A stretch of DNA of 64,000 bases from Eledone cirrhosa (Eukaryota), in NCBI GenBank assembly GCA_964016885.1, contig OZ024753.1, forward strand, positions 4,092,001 through 4,156,000, given 5' to 3'. This document shows positions 27,541-44,294 of this stretch, in pieces; the stretch's first letter is position 1; every line of letters starts with the position of its first letter. Position numbers and translations under genes: made by a program. A model generated the notes under the pieces. The model was not told the origin of the DNA. It did no database searches and saw only the letters and a program-made list of their open reading frames with translations.

Positions 27541-28486
27541 AACAACAACTAAAATGTTTGAAAGCTATCATTCAACAAACGAAATTGTAAACCCTAATTG
27601 ACTCACCACATTACAGACAGTGAAAGGCAGGTAAATTGCAACTTACTCAAACGCCACGATCACCTATTTACCAACGAAGAATCACAGGCGTGGCCGAGGC
27701 CATTATCAGAATAACACTCATCCGATGTCATGCAACGGTGGACAGATAGACGTCTTAGCCATCACGTTCATGGTATTCGTCTTCTAGGCTCTTGGTCGAA
27801 CCTGTTTGTGTGGTGAAAGGTTTACGTCATATTGCCATGAATTAACCCCCACCCCACACGTTTACATATGTGGGTGCATGCGTGTATGTGTGTTTATGTG
27901 TGTGCATGTGTGCAAAAAATGATGACGCAGTATTGTAACGCGTGTTTGATACAGTTATTTGTTTCTAAAATATCTACCGATATATCTTGCTCTCAATAGG
28001 GCTGGGATCAGACTTGCTCAGCGCTTCCAGGGATATCATCGTGTTCTCTTACGACACCTATCGATAAATGCTTTCATACATTTTGAAAGGATGCATGTCA
28101 TAGCAGATATATGTTTTCTCAGCCAGAAGGAATGGAATCTTACCAACTCTATGTGGGATAGTTCTGTCTAGAGAAAGTAATATAAATATTTTATTTTTAT
28201 TTTTCCAAACAAACATGAACGCCAAGAAAAAATATTATTTGTTCTTTTATCTGTAAAGAAACAATATTTGCGTCGAGGTTATATTATTTTATTTTTGTAT
28301 TTTCGTTTTGTTTTCTGTCTGTTACTTCTCTTTTTATCGTTAATCATTTTCATTTAACGTTTTCTTTTTTCCTTATTTTAGTTATTTTCATTCATAGCTA
28401 TCATGTGTTGAAACAATTTGTATCTCTTTCATTTTCTCTTTCTCCTTTTTTTTCTTTCGCCTTTTTTCACACAACTTTTTAATGTC

Positions 28487-28559
<73 letters not shown>

Positions 28560-28992
28560 ACCTCTCTCTCTTGATTCACCCATATATGTCATACCGCCTT
28601 TTCTCTGTCTCACACTTGCATTATATTTCCTCTATGCTGTCTATCTCTCACTCACCCAGTTTACTCTGTCCTAAAATTGTATAATGATATATAAAACAGA
28701 AACAGTCAACCTATAGAATTTCTCTTGATAGACAGTAACATTTGAATGATTTCTCAATGTCTTAAGCAGCGTAAAAGAAAGAAATTATCGTCATCCAGCC
28801 TTTGGAATAAAACGAAGAGAGAGTTAGGACAAATAAGTAAATGGAAAGAATAGAAATGTAGAGAAAATTAGTAAACAATATAGATTAAGAAAGCATGCGA
28901 GTGTGTGCAGGTTGAAAAGAGAAGAAATAGTCTACGAGATAATTTACACAGCAAATTATAGAATTTATTACGTAATACCTCAATATTAGAGT

Positions 28993-29025
28993 ACTAGTAG
29001 GACCCGTGTCGTCAAAAATGACTGT
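28993..29025 (-). mobile_element. Possible Helitron 3' end
   Basis: Minus strand GTCA-TTTT-TGAC hairpin, then ...CTACTAG|T. Confidence 0.3.
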
Positions 29026-32000
29026 TAATTGTATAATTTTAAATATAACTAGTGTGCAAAGTCATGTTTTCAATTCAATGATTCTTTATTACAACCTTTT
29101 TTTGTGGATAAATTACTTGCAACATAGGCAACCACGATAATATTCTGGTGTGCATATCTATATATTTATATGAATGAGTATATAAATATAAACAAACAAA
29201 CCCATATACATTCACACAATTATAAATATGTTCACGCAAATACACATATATTCACACACATCATTTAAACACACACTAATAATAGCAGATGTGTGTAGCC
29301 AATTTGCTACATATGCACACACAAATGTAACGAAAATTAGAACGCTGGTCTCTAGTTTGTCATCATGTCCTTCCTTCTTCTTTTATCTCCCTTTAAATGA
29401 AAGACGGACGAATATATAACTAAATACATATACACACATTCGTTATTTTTATAATTGATATTATTAGCGTTGCTCTAAACTAATATTATACTACGTGACT
29501 TAATCTTATCCTGTAACGATTATTATTAAATTTAGTATATTGATATACCATTTCTGCATATACTTTAATGCTTGGTAATTAATTATGTTGTTATATTCAC
29601 AAACAAGATGTTTTATTTCGGATATCAACGATTTCATTAAATATTTATTCTTTTGTCTGACTACCTCGTTCCAAAAGAGTCTAATAGTTCTCTCGGGGGG
29701 TTAAACCACCAGTATTATTTAATAGCAAGGTTAAATGAATATCCGTATGTAGTAGAAATGGATAGTTTGATGATATACTGTATTGATGTTTTTCATGATT
29801 ATGAATTCTGTTTCCCGTTGGGTATATGTTTCATCTTTTGTGCTTCGTTGGTAGAATCTAAAGTTGATAATACGATACTATCAATATCCAGTACTGAATT
29901 ATTCATGTTTTAAAACGCTGAATCGTTATTAATGTTATCTGTTTAATTGTATGTCCAGTATTAATTATTAAGACTGCGAATTGGCAGTATCATTAGAATA
30001 TCGGGTAATAAGTTTTGCCATATGTGTTCCAATTCCTAGCATTCGAGTTTATTTACAGTTGATGTTCGGATTTTCGTTAAGAATTTGGGGCTTAATACAA
30101 TCAAGAAGGATTCTAATGAATTGGATTGGCAGATTTCAAAGAATGTTTGACAAAGGATTTTCTAGAGTTTTTTCCTGCCGTTCCAGTAAGAGCATCAAGA
30201 CAGGCGTGTATGTATGCAGCAAGCAAATTATGGCATGTAAAATTATTACTTGAGGGAAGAGGAAATGATATATGTATTCTTTGGTGAAACATTCCTGATA
30301 TGTCCATAGCGTCTATCAGGCAAATCACACAAAGCGCCTCTTATCGGTATGTCGTACGAAATGAAGTGTAACATGTTTGGATCGTAGCAGAACGCCGCCG
30401 AAAACCTAATTTGCATGCCACGTGGTCTTCCTCTTCAAGTCAAAAATGTCAAAACTGGAATTTATTATGTCATTAGTGTGTTAATATTTTACGCAAAATT
30501 AAACAAGTATGATTTTCCGATATTTCGGTGAATTGTTTTGCTAGTGGATTCTAGGTTGTTTCGTGGGAGAAAGACAATCTGTAACAGAGTATAGTATGAT
30601 TGCTTCAATCATTATATCTAGATGGTAATGATATCCATTTACAAACTGAAATATTGATGAGTGATAAATGTCTTGGAATTGATAAAAGAAACTATCGTTA
30701 GCATGGTATACACTATGAAGATTTCAGACTATAGTCTCAGAACTCACAACAGAATAACCTAATATGTGCATAAATAAATGTAAAATAAACACCTAATTTT
30801 ATAATAATAAAGTGAATACTATTATTAGATTCACTAATATTTATGAGGAATAGTCATTGAAATGCGATGAAGGATGATTAAGTAATGAAATATTTACTCT
30901 ACCTAACTCCTACTAAAACTATCATATTTGATATTACTCTTTTTGAACCCAATCCGATTACTTCTACAACCTGGCACTTACAACATTTCTACTTTTTGTG
31001 TTACCATACTTAATCTAGATAATACTCAGATATATCTCACGTATTGTTGCTGTATCTCAATATTGTTGCTGTCATTGCTGTATTTTTTATTGCGTTTGTT
31101 TTGGAAGACGTAACACATATTTCTTAGTTTAATCAACGTAATTCACAGAACATGCTTAAACGGTTATTTCATTAATTGCCTTAACCTAGCTCATTTTAAT
31201 TAATTGTCACTGTGAAAGAAAAGAAACGCAATAGTCTGCAGATTTATCAGTGGTTCGTGTTGAATTTAAATAGTTTCCATTCTGAAATAGAATATGTAAC
31301 AGTAATCAGTTAATGGAAATCGATAGTTTTTACTTAAGACTATGTTTGGTTCCTTCAAGTTGATTATGATTAAGGTACATTCCAAACTGAATATAACACA
31401 TGTAAAGAAATGTATATCTAAATGATGGAATATTAGTATTTCAGAGCGTGTTTGCTATACATTTTAATGGTAGAAGATATGTGCAATAATTTTGGTTTAC
31501 TCTGTATATATATGACAAATCCAGTACATTTCTCTACTGACCCTACTTCAACAAACTATTTTCGTTAAGCAAGCTTTCATAGCATTGTATTAAAACTAAT
31601 AACCAGTATTCCTATTACTAGATTTTAGAAATTGTCACGTTTAGTAGTTTGAACCAGAGCATATTTTCAGGCAGTTATGTATTTTTTATATGTAGCAGAC
31701 CAATTGGGATATAACCACATATACTGCAGAATGAATCATAATCAATAAGTATTTGCAGATATTATTTAACAAAAGAAGGACAGCGAAGCTGGGTGTAGAC
31801 TATTTCCATTCTCATTCCTTGGAATGCGTAAACCAATTAGATTTCATTAAAAAGAAAGTTGACACGTTTTCGCTGTTTCAAATCTCAAGACGTTTAATAA
31901 ATGAAATATTGTCGCATGGTTAAAATATGACAAATGACTAATGCAGAGGTAAATAGTATAATAATGAAGTATATAATAGTATACTAGTATAATAATTATT

Positions 32001-33223
32001 TGAAACATTTCCACAAGGCCAGTACTTTGGGAAAAGTTAATCTAGTTGTCTCGACTGTGCTTACATATATTCATGCGCCTAATGTCGATTCTGAAGATAT
32101 TACTAGGATATAGAATTTAGCAGATGTTCGTATATGGTTTGGGTGTCTATTTGAATAATCATGTTCAATAATTCGAACTTTGATTTTAGTCATGATGTAT
32201 AATGGGGCAGATTTGAAAGTCCAACAATGATAATGATAAACATGTATGTTTGTATTCACACATTCTGCCATGTACACAATAAATTGCAATAATTTACAAT
32301 TGGAAATTGAGTTTTTACACCGAAGATCATCCGATATGAAATATAAAAGGGCACCATTGTAAATGTGCTGTTCTTTGTATAATTTGAAATTTCATTAATC
32401 CATATTCAGTACAGTTTGAATCACACGAACTCCCTTGGAGAGTGTATCCATTTTCAAATATCCTACATAGTTCAATTTGAATGTTGTTTATTTCGAACAT
32501 TTTGAAACCTTCAATTTTATACACTAGGAATTTGATCTTAATGGCGTAATCGTTTTTTAAGCATTCAAATGTTAGCTATTCGTATTGATTTTTAATCAGC
32601 AGTGGAGCTTGTACAATAACACAGAATATTCATTCTAATCATTGTTATGAGCCGTAAGCATTAATTATGTAATTGTTTAGTTGCTTGATTTGAATAATAA
32701 AATATTTGAAATCTAAATTTGTAATTCGAGTGAACATGAATTATCTCTACAAATACGTTATAATTTTGAATAAATTATTATTTTGTATTATACGCAACTT
32801 GTTCTATCTTTCAGTTTCATCCGATCAGATGTGGATACATATAAACTATAACATGTTTATGGCCAATATAAACATTGCAAAAGGAAGACACATTTTTCAT
32901 TGATTTGCTCTTCAAAGTAATTACAGTGCATTGATAACCTAGTATATTTTAAAAACTTATTTTAAAAACTTATTTTAAAGTTACATACTTATTGTAGCAA
33001 AATGAAATGTCTGCAAGTTTGCCTGCTGAATTCAGGGTCATGTTTCATAGTCATGCGTTAGGGTGTCTATTCATATTTAAACGTCTATTGACTTTTTACC
33101 AATTAATTCTCTACTATCTCTAACGTTATTAAGTCACTTTAGATTTCAGACAAATGTACATATTTCGTTAACATAACTTATCGAAAATCGTTCCTGACTA
33201 AATAGAAGAGCTTGAATGGAATG

Positions 33224-33289
<66 letters not shown>

Positions 33290-33610
33290 TATATATATGA
33301 ATTATTTCCATAGGAAAAGTAATGGAAAAGAGAGTGCTCTATATACAGAGCTTTTTAGTTATATAATAAACAACATCAGATAATTATTTCATTTACCAGA
33401 GATTTCACAAAGACAGACAAGCCTGGCACGGATGTCTGACTTCAATCGTCAGAATGAAATTTTATTCCAAATGGAAGTGAGATATAGATTTCAAAACAAT
33501 GTCTAGGACAATTGAAAGCGAGGCTGAAATAAAATAACGGACATAATGTAAAGGGGACAATAATAATATATACAAACACACATATACAAGCACATACTCA
33601 CGCATATATG

Positions 33611-33648
<38 letters not shown>

Positions 33649-33652
<4 letters not shown>

Positions 33653-33910
33653 GAAGTTATAGTTAATTTGTTGGGATACAACAAGCAAATATTTTTATAG
33701 CTGATATAAAGCACTCAACACATTTTTGGAGTAAAAATACAATATATTAATAAATGGAAACTATATTTCTAAAACCATATTTATTTCATTATACATATTT
33801 CAAGAACACCAAAGCAATGAAAGCGCACCATAATTTACTTTGGTGTCCTTGAAAAATGTATAATGAAATAAATGTGCTTTTATAAATATAGTTTCCATTT
33901 ATTAACATAT

Positions 33911-33912
<2 letters not shown>
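33649..33912. mobile_element. Fold-back copy of the 43101 family, inverted inside the hammerhead
   Basis: Minus arm 33649-33816 stops within stem II. Plus arm 33817-33912 starts at the ATGA of the core (ATGAAAGCGCACC...TTGAAAAATGTATAATGAAAT). TA on both sides. Confidence 0.72.
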
Positions 33913-33950
<38 letters not shown>

Positions 33951-34908
33951 CATACACATATATATGGTGGCTGTCAACTCGTTTTCGAGTACGGCCACTA
34001 TTTATATCCGTGTAGGAGAACCCCTACCAATGCGCTGAACGAGTGTGACTTTTTAGTCCAGCCAGCGACTTGAAAACTCTGGTATAAACACTACACTTGT
34101 GACAATTATTGACACATAGTGCTGGGCCCATGGTACCATGTGACGACAAGTGCAGAGAGATCTCCAGATATAAAGCAATACCTGTGCCGTGAAGCTTTTA
34201 TAGTGAGCAAAGGCACTGCACAAAGCCAGTCCCACTCTCTTAACCAAGATGATATTTACCAAAAAGAAGAACAAATCAACATCATTGGATACCATCAGGG
34301 TTGCAGGTGTTATATCAGAGATTTCCTTCTCCTAGAATTCTGCCTTGACAAAGGCTAAGGGGTCATCTCTCCCGGTGATTTTGGATGGCCATTGATTCTT
34401 AAGAGCTCCTTTGCCCTTTGACAGGTTTTGTTTTTAGTCCTGCAGGATGTCCAAAGTCATCCTCCTCACCAAAAGACCTTGGTGGTGTTGCCAGTTTAGT
34501 CGCCAATGACCCGACCATGAGACAGGTTGTACTGGGATACATGTTACCAGTAGCACCAACTGGTGACCTGACATACATATGAATATATATACATACATAC
34601 ACACACGTTATACACACACATACAAATACGCACACACAGGCATGCTTACACACATGCATGCACACAGACATAGACACACACATATGGATACATATACACG
34701 CACATACATACATGCATACATGTACACACACGCACACGCACATGGACATGAATACATATACTCACACACGTACATAAACCCATACACAACAAACCACACG
34801 CACATGCATAAAAAGTCGATACAGTTCAGTGGCAAAAATAGCAGAAATACACACGTATACATAGGCATGTATAAGTGTGTATAAACAGACGATAAGCCGC
34901 CTGTGCTG

Positions 34909-35100
34909 TATAGTATTACTGTTGAATATATATAGTATAATATAGTATTACTGTTGAACATATATAGTACAGTATTACTGTTGAAAATATATAGTATAGT
35001 ATAGTATTACTGTTCAAAATATGTAGTATAATATTACTGTTGAAAACATATAGTATAGTATTACTGTTGTAAATATATGGTATAGTATTACTGTTGAAAA
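34909..35100 (+). repeat. Minisatellite, ~7 copies with core TATTACTGTT
   Basis: The core recurs at ~27-34 bp spacing. Confidence 0.9.
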
Positions 35101-35344
35101 TATGTATCTATAAAAAAGGACAGAGTAAGAAACAGAGAGGAATATCGTATTATATATATTCTATGTAATAAAGTACCAGTAATGTATTAATATAGATAGA
35201 GATTGACAATATACACAGAAATATATGAACTGCAAAATATATGAATGCTTATTTAAGCGATTGCTAACCGGAAGTGTTGACATTTGTTAAAGAAGTGAAT
35301 CTTTAGATAAATAATAACATATCTTTAATCAATAATAACGAAAT

Positions 35345-35478
35345 TTAGTAGACAAAAATACCCTCACTTACTTTCTTGGACAAAGTTACATCGATAGTCC
35401 AAATTTGGTGCTGTTTGGTCCAGCCGTTTTGACAAAAGTTTGTTACATAAATACGGCCGTCAGCTTTATTAATATAGA
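35345..35478 (-). mobile_element. Probable non-autonomous Helitron 5' end
   Basis: Minus strand A|TCTATATTAATAAAGCTG...AACGGCTGGACCAAAC..CCAAATTTGG, the typical 5' layout. Confidence 0.45.
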
Positions 35479-36214
35479 TGCATATATATGTGTGTGTATG
35501 TGTATATGTATATAATATATACAGAGAGAGAGAAAAGAAAGTAATCACAGTGATGTATAAAGTGATGTATATAACACTACTGACTGATGGTGTTGGAAAT
35601 GTGAGGCACACATTTGGTATTTTTGCATTTAAATTTGTGATATATTAGTAATCAGTTACCAGTAACACTATTGTTGTATGCTAAACCATTATAGCGCACC
35701 AAGGTAAAATGTGGAAAAATCCAAATAGGAGTAGCTGGTTCTGTATAACTTTCATGTCTTTAATTTATATATATCCAGTTCTTATAACATTTGAAAATTC
35801 AAAATAACAATTGCCAATATCAGATCGATTGTATCCAATCTTGAAAATATAAGTAGGTGCTTCCAAGATGTTACACTTGGGAATTTACTTGATTACAGCT
35901 CAATGTTATAAATATTATGTAATTAAGTCCTCATATTTGCGTTAGTGTAGAATTCGCTGGAACAGCAATTATGCAATCGTGCCTCTTAATGAAATCAACC
36001 ATATTTTGGAGGATGAGGTTATATAAATACGATACACTGAAGTACATCGTGTAAATGCAATTATTTCGTTTCTATTCTTCAGTGCTTAAAACAATTTAGC
36101 CAATTGCAATACGCTGTGAAGTATACACACATAAACACCGACGTTAATCTCCCTCATCCACAGTATGTATACCTCGCCCTCTCTCCCTATATCTGTAAGT
36201 GTATACATATATAT

Positions 36215-36282
36215 GTAAAGATATATATATATAAAGATATATATATATATAAAGATATATATATATATATATATATATATAA

Positions 36283-36322
<40 letters not shown>

Positions 36323-36339
36323 ATATATATATATATATA

Positions 36340-36373
<34 letters not shown>

Positions 36374-36556
36374 GATATATATATATATATATTTAAAGAT
36401 ATATATATATATATTTAAAGATATATATATATATATATATATAAAGATATATATATATATATATATTTAAAGATATATATATATATATAAAGATATAAAT
36501 ATATATAAAGATATATATAAAGATATATATATATATAAAGATATATATATATATAA

Positions 36557-36590
<34 letters not shown>

Positions 36591-36986
36591 ATATATATAT
36601 ATATATATATATAAAGATATATATATATATATATATATATATAAAGATATATATATATATATATATAAAGATATATATATATATATATATAAAGATATAT
36701 ATATATATATATATATAAAGATATATATATATATATATATAAAGATATATATATATATATAAAGATATATATATATATATAAAGATATATATATATATAT
36801 ATATATAAAGATATATATATATAAAGATATATATATATATATAAAGATATATATATATATATATATATATAAAGATATATATATATATATATAAAGATAT
36901 ATATATATATATAAAGATATATATATATATATATAAAGATATATATATATATATATAAAGATATATATATATATAGATATAGATAT

Positions 36987-37021
<35 letters not shown>

Positions 37022-37184
37022 GATATATATATATAGATATATATATATAGATAGATATATATATATAGATATATATATATAGATATATATATATAGATAT
37101 ATATATATATATATAGATATATATATATAGATATATATATATATAGATATATATATATAGATATATATATATAGATATATATAT

Positions 37185-37229
<45 letters not shown>

Positions 37230-37400
37230 TATATAGATATATATATATATATATATATATAGATATATAGATATATATATATATATATAGATATATAGAT
37301 ATATATATATAGATATAGATATATATATAGATATATATATAGATATATATATAGATATATATATAGATATATATATAGATATATATATAGATATATATAT

Positions 37401-37451
<51 letters not shown>

Positions 37452-37591
37452 TATATCTATATATATATATATAGATATATCTATATATATATATATATAT
37501 ATATAGATATATCTATATATATATATATAGATATATCTATATATATATATATATATATATAGATATATCTATATATATATATATAGATACA

Positions 37592-37626
<35 letters not shown>

Positions 37627-37826
37627 ATATATATATATATAGATATATCTATATATATATATATAGATATATCTATATATATAGATATATCTATATATAT
37701 ATATATAGATATAGATATATATATATATATAGATATATAGATATATATATATATAGATATATAGATATATATATATATAGATATATATATATATAGATAT
37801 ATAGATATATATATATATAGATATAT

Positions 37827-37865
<39 letters not shown>

Positions 37866-37910
37866 TATATAGATATATAGATATATATATATATAGATAT
37901 ATATATATAT

Positions 37911-37945
<35 letters not shown>

Positions 37946-38054
37946 TATATAGATATATATATATATATAGATATATAGATATATATATAGATATATAGAT
38001 ATATAGATATATAGATATATAGATATATATAGATATATAGATATATATATATAT

Positions 38055-38105
<51 letters not shown>

Positions 38106-38228
38106 TAGATATATATATATATATAAATATAGATATATATATATATATATAGATATAGATAGATATATATATAGATATAGATAGATATATATATAGATAT
38201 ATATATATATATATATATATATAGATAT

Positions 38229-38271
<43 letters not shown>

Positions 38272-38346
38272 TATATATATATAGATATATATAGATATAT
38301 ATAGATATATATATATATAGATATATATATATATAAAGATATAGAT
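36215..38346. repeat. 2.1-kb (TA)n array with AAAG then AG interruptions
   Basis: Direct reading. Confidence 0.95.
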
Positions 38347-38384
38347 ATAATATAAGATCAAAAGATGGTTACAGGAGTTCAATG

Positions 38385-38455
38385 TATTTTATTATGCGCA
38401 TTTCAAAAACAAACATCATCATGCAATAATATTTGTGTTTTCATCAGATAAAACA
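38385..38455 (-). ncRNA. Type I hammerhead ribozyme
   Basis: Reverse complement of 38523-38593. Confidence 0.86.
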
Positions 38456-38522
38456 GGAGAACATGATATGAAGGCTAAAAAACACTTAAAAAACACTTAA
38501 ATCAACATATCATATGTTCTCC

Positions 38523-38593
38523 TGTTTTATCTGATGAAAACACAAATATTATTGCATGATGATGTTTGTTTTTGAAATGCGCATAATAAAATA
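38523..38593 (+). ncRNA. Type I hammerhead ribozyme
   Basis: CTGATGA at 38531 and GAAA-TGCGCA-TA at 38574-38585, with the same stems as 51566 (stem II loop variant GCAT). Confidence 0.86.
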
Positions 38594-38631
38594 CATTGAA
38601 CTCCTTTAACCATCTTTTGATCTTATATTAT

Positions 38632-39388
<757 letters not shown>

Positions 39389-39391
<3 letters not shown>

Positions 39392-40070
39392 AAAAAGGGA
39401 TGAAATCGAAAATGCAACTGAAGTCTTATTTTTTTAAAAATATATATATTTATTTGATTCCTTTACCGGTTTCGCAGTTCTTCTGCTTTTCAAAAGGTGA
39501 GTTGAGATGGAGGGTCTGTGGTTTTTCTCACATCTGGTTGGTCTCTAAATGTTACTTGTTTTATATGGAAAAACTGGCTCGAAAACCAAGTTTTTCGAGA
39601 AGTAATTTGATTGGTTTGTCAATAATTATAATAAATTTCGCGCCAGTTCGCGTTACAATAGTTCTTCAAATAAGAGAGGGGGGGGGGGTTGTCACAGGTT
39701 GTTTTTTCATATATGAGTGTTTGAATTTCTTTTTACTTGAAAAAATGAGGCTCACGAAGGCTTTTTTTTTTTTTTTTTTTTTTTTTTGGTTGGTTATAAA
39801 TGAAATTTGGCTGTCACGTGAACAAGTTTTCATTACATTTTTGCGCCCTTATTTGGAAAACTATTCTGTAGTCTATAGTGAATGTTATGACGATGGAGAG
39901 ATAGTGGTCAAGGGAAAAGGGATTGGGAGAAATGTTCTGGTTCAGTGAATATGGCCAGCTGTCAGAGTTCAGGTGTCAGAGTTCAGATTTTCTATTGGGA
40001 CTGAAGATATGTGTTTATTTGTGTAGGACACCTCGGTTATTTTTCATTTTGTAAAAAAAACCTCACTTTC
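39389..40070 (-). mobile_element. PLE-like 3' terminal fragment flanked by (TA)n
   Basis: First ~130 bp shared with ~9998-10127. HHR lies ~70 bp from the TA-abutting end. TA arrays on both sides. Confidence 0.65.
39460..39497 (-). ncRNA. Minimal type I hammerhead, U3:A8 core variant (second copy)
   Basis: 38-nt motif identical to 10067-10104. Confidence 0.72.
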
Positions 40071-41344
<1,274 letters not shown>

Positions 41345-41993
41345 AATAATAATAATAATAATAAATGTGAAGACTAAATTCCAAAGAGGGCTCGATACGG
41401 ATAAATATATATTAATATATACATATATATATATTTATATATATGTATATGTGTGTGTATGTATTAATATATCTAAATCTCTCTCCATCTCTGTGTCACG
41501 CTAAATATATATATATGCATTTATTTATGAAGAAAGTATAAAAAATGAGAAAAGAGAAAGAGAGGTTGGGAAAGACGACAGAGCAATCATGTATGCGTGT
41601 AAGGTATGGTTTACTTAAAATCTGATTTAATAGTTTCTATCGAAATTGACATGAAAATATTTCTATTGATAACCTGAAATTGATCGCAGATTCAAAGGAA
41701 GAAAAAAATTAACTGTATCTATATAAATAAATAAATCGCATATTTTATTACTATGTACGTGCTGTCAGGAATTAGAAAAATATTTCAAAATATGTTGCTT
41801 GAGAATAGTTTATATGGAAGCTTAGGATGAATCATGAATTATTCCTTGACCAATATCGCTTTTCCTAAGGCCTATAGGGAAGCGGAGCTTGTCAAATATA
41901 ATTAGTGTTATCTTGAATCTGATATTTCAAAACGAAATGCCTGAAGGATCTTCTTGTCTTTAGAACATTACGTGTCTACATATACAGACTCCC

Positions 41994-42244
41994 AGACACA
42001 TGCATGCATATATATATATATATAATATATATATATATACATACACTCATATATGTATGTATATGTATATATATTTAATGTGTGTGCATGTGCGTATATT
42101 TATATTTATATAAAAGACACATGCAGTATATATATATATATATATATATATACATACACTCATATATATATGTGTATGTATATGTATATATATTTAATGT
42201 GTGTGCATGTGCGTATATTTATATTTATATAAAAGACACATGCA

Positions 42245-42250
<6 letters not shown>
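41994..42250 (+). repeat. ~120-bp tandem duplication containing TA runs
   Basis: AGACACATGCA occurs three times; TTTAATGTGTGTGCATGTGCGTATATT occurs twice. Confidence 0.8.
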
Positions 42251-42290
<40 letters not shown>

Positions 42291-42981
42291 GAAAAATATG
42301 CAAACTCACATAACTGTAATCATGGAATTGTTTAGGTGGAAACCAGTTTTCTCTACTCGTATTATAGAGACGTCAATTTCATATATACATTATAAATCAA
42401 AGAAACGAAAGACAAAACAAGAAAAAACAAAAATGAAATCATTTATTGGCAACAAAACAACTTCCCTATAATAGGAGATTTCTATTTTTCCTTCCCTAAT
42501 TTCTCCTAATCAATGATGATTATACAGTTACTTTACGTTTCGCTGCCGTTGTAACATTTGGTTGATCAGTTGTTTCTGTTTTCTTTGTTGCTTTTACTAA
42601 TGTAGATTATATTTGGCATTTGTGTTTGTATGAAGCGACAAGCCGGAGCCAGTAGCTATTAAAACTCAGTTGCCAAATAACGTACCAGAACTGGTAGGTT
42701 ATTTATTCAGCACTTTTGCGCAGGAGAATACATACATATGCATATATATATATATATATATATATGCATATGTATGTATATTTATATATATATGCATATG
42801 TATGTATATTTATATATATATGCATATGTATGTATATTTATATATATATGCATATGTATGTATATTTATATATACATGCATATGTATGTATATATATATA
42901 CCACATAAAATCACAGACATACAGATATGCGTGCACATACACAAATTTATATGTATGCATATACATACATACTTATCTCTC

Positions 42982-43320
<339 letters not shown>

Positions 43321-43347
43321 TAAATAAATATTGACATACCCTGAAAA

Positions 43348-43410
43348 ATGCAACCTTCACGGTTGGAGTCTCCTGGAGACTCCAGGACACTCCAACCGTG
43401 AAGGTTGCAT
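43348..43410. repeat. 63-bp near-perfect GC-rich palindrome
   Basis: ATGCAACCTTCACGGTTGGAGTCTCCTGGAG-A-CTCCAGGACACTCCAACCGTGAAGGTTGCAT, with 1 mismatch. Confidence 0.9.
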
Positions 43411-44230
43411 ATGTCTGCTGGGCACACAAGCAATAGGACGTGTGGTCTTTCCTGCCGGTGACATATCAAACATATCGGGTATCATCTGAGGATACCGTTC
43501 TCATAACAACAACAAATGCATGAAGGACTTCTCGATTGCATGGAGAATCGTAGAAATGATTATAATGATTAAACGATCTATGTAACCTTAGCATCCTATT
43601 TTGTTATTTTTATAAAAATCTCCACCGTCACTAAAAACTACGATTGTTGAGAGTTTTCTCCTCCTGGCTCCTGTTTTTATCAAAACAATCTATTCTGAAC
43701 ATATGTATATGTGTGTGTATGTGTGTGTGTCTGTATGTATCTATTTATTTGTATAAACATATGCATATATATATATATGGATTTTCCACATAGAAAGCAA
43801 GTCTGTCTTTATATCAATAAGTTGAAGTGCCTTAGATATGGGTTATATGAATGCATGCATATGAGTCGCAAATTTCTTCCGAGCAGGATGATGTAATTAT
43901 GGCACTATAGAGAAGTGTATTACAACTACAAAGGGTGGCGATCCTATCACATCAACCTCACCAGCAAAGTGAAAACTCCAAATAATAATATTTGAAAGTT
44001 TAATACAATTGTCGAGACAATTACCAACTCTTTCCTCGGAACAAATAAGCTAATATTTTAAAGATTCTGTAAGTGATACATTTATGGCGATTGTCGACTG
44101 AATATGATACACGCTTGACGGATTTTTATTATTATTTATGTTATATTACGATACGTTACTTCGATTGTGAATTACCTTGTGCATGTATTTCTATATATAT
44201 TATTCAATATAGAAATGGAATTCATAGAAC

Positions 44231-44294
44231 AGAACCGTTTCCTTCCCATGAAATCATCAGCTTTCTGATGATTTCTTACGAATGAAACAGTTCT
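44231..44294. repeat. Old fold-back of two head-to-head hammerhead-like cores
   Basis: Minus CTGATGATTTCATGGGAAGGAAACGGTTCT versus plus CTGATGATTTCTTACGAATGAAACAGTTCT, separated by CTTT. Confidence 0.55.

Larger units (their letters stand above)
38347..38632. mobile_element. Fold-back stub of the same PLE family as 46568-51674 (two divergent 3' ends)
   Basis: 38347-~38465 and ~38513-38632 are inverted copies of the PLE terminus, embedded in TA arrays on both sides. Confidence 0.92.

Noticed and set aside
30130-30460. Possible Helitron Rep fragment
   Set aside because: No convincing HUH motif on manual translation.
34310-34570. Possible RTE-type 5' UTR (CTAGGAGAAGGAAA on the minus strand)
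   Set aside because: Based on a short remembered motif only; no linked coding remnant.
34909-35100. Regular repeats resembling a CRISPR array
   Set aside because: Spacers are related TA-rich variants, there are no cas genes and the context is eukaryotic; it is a minisatellite.
39400-39948. 182-aa plus-strand ORF
   Set aside because: No motifs; antisense to a non-coding PLE-like 3' fragment and includes homopolymer runs.
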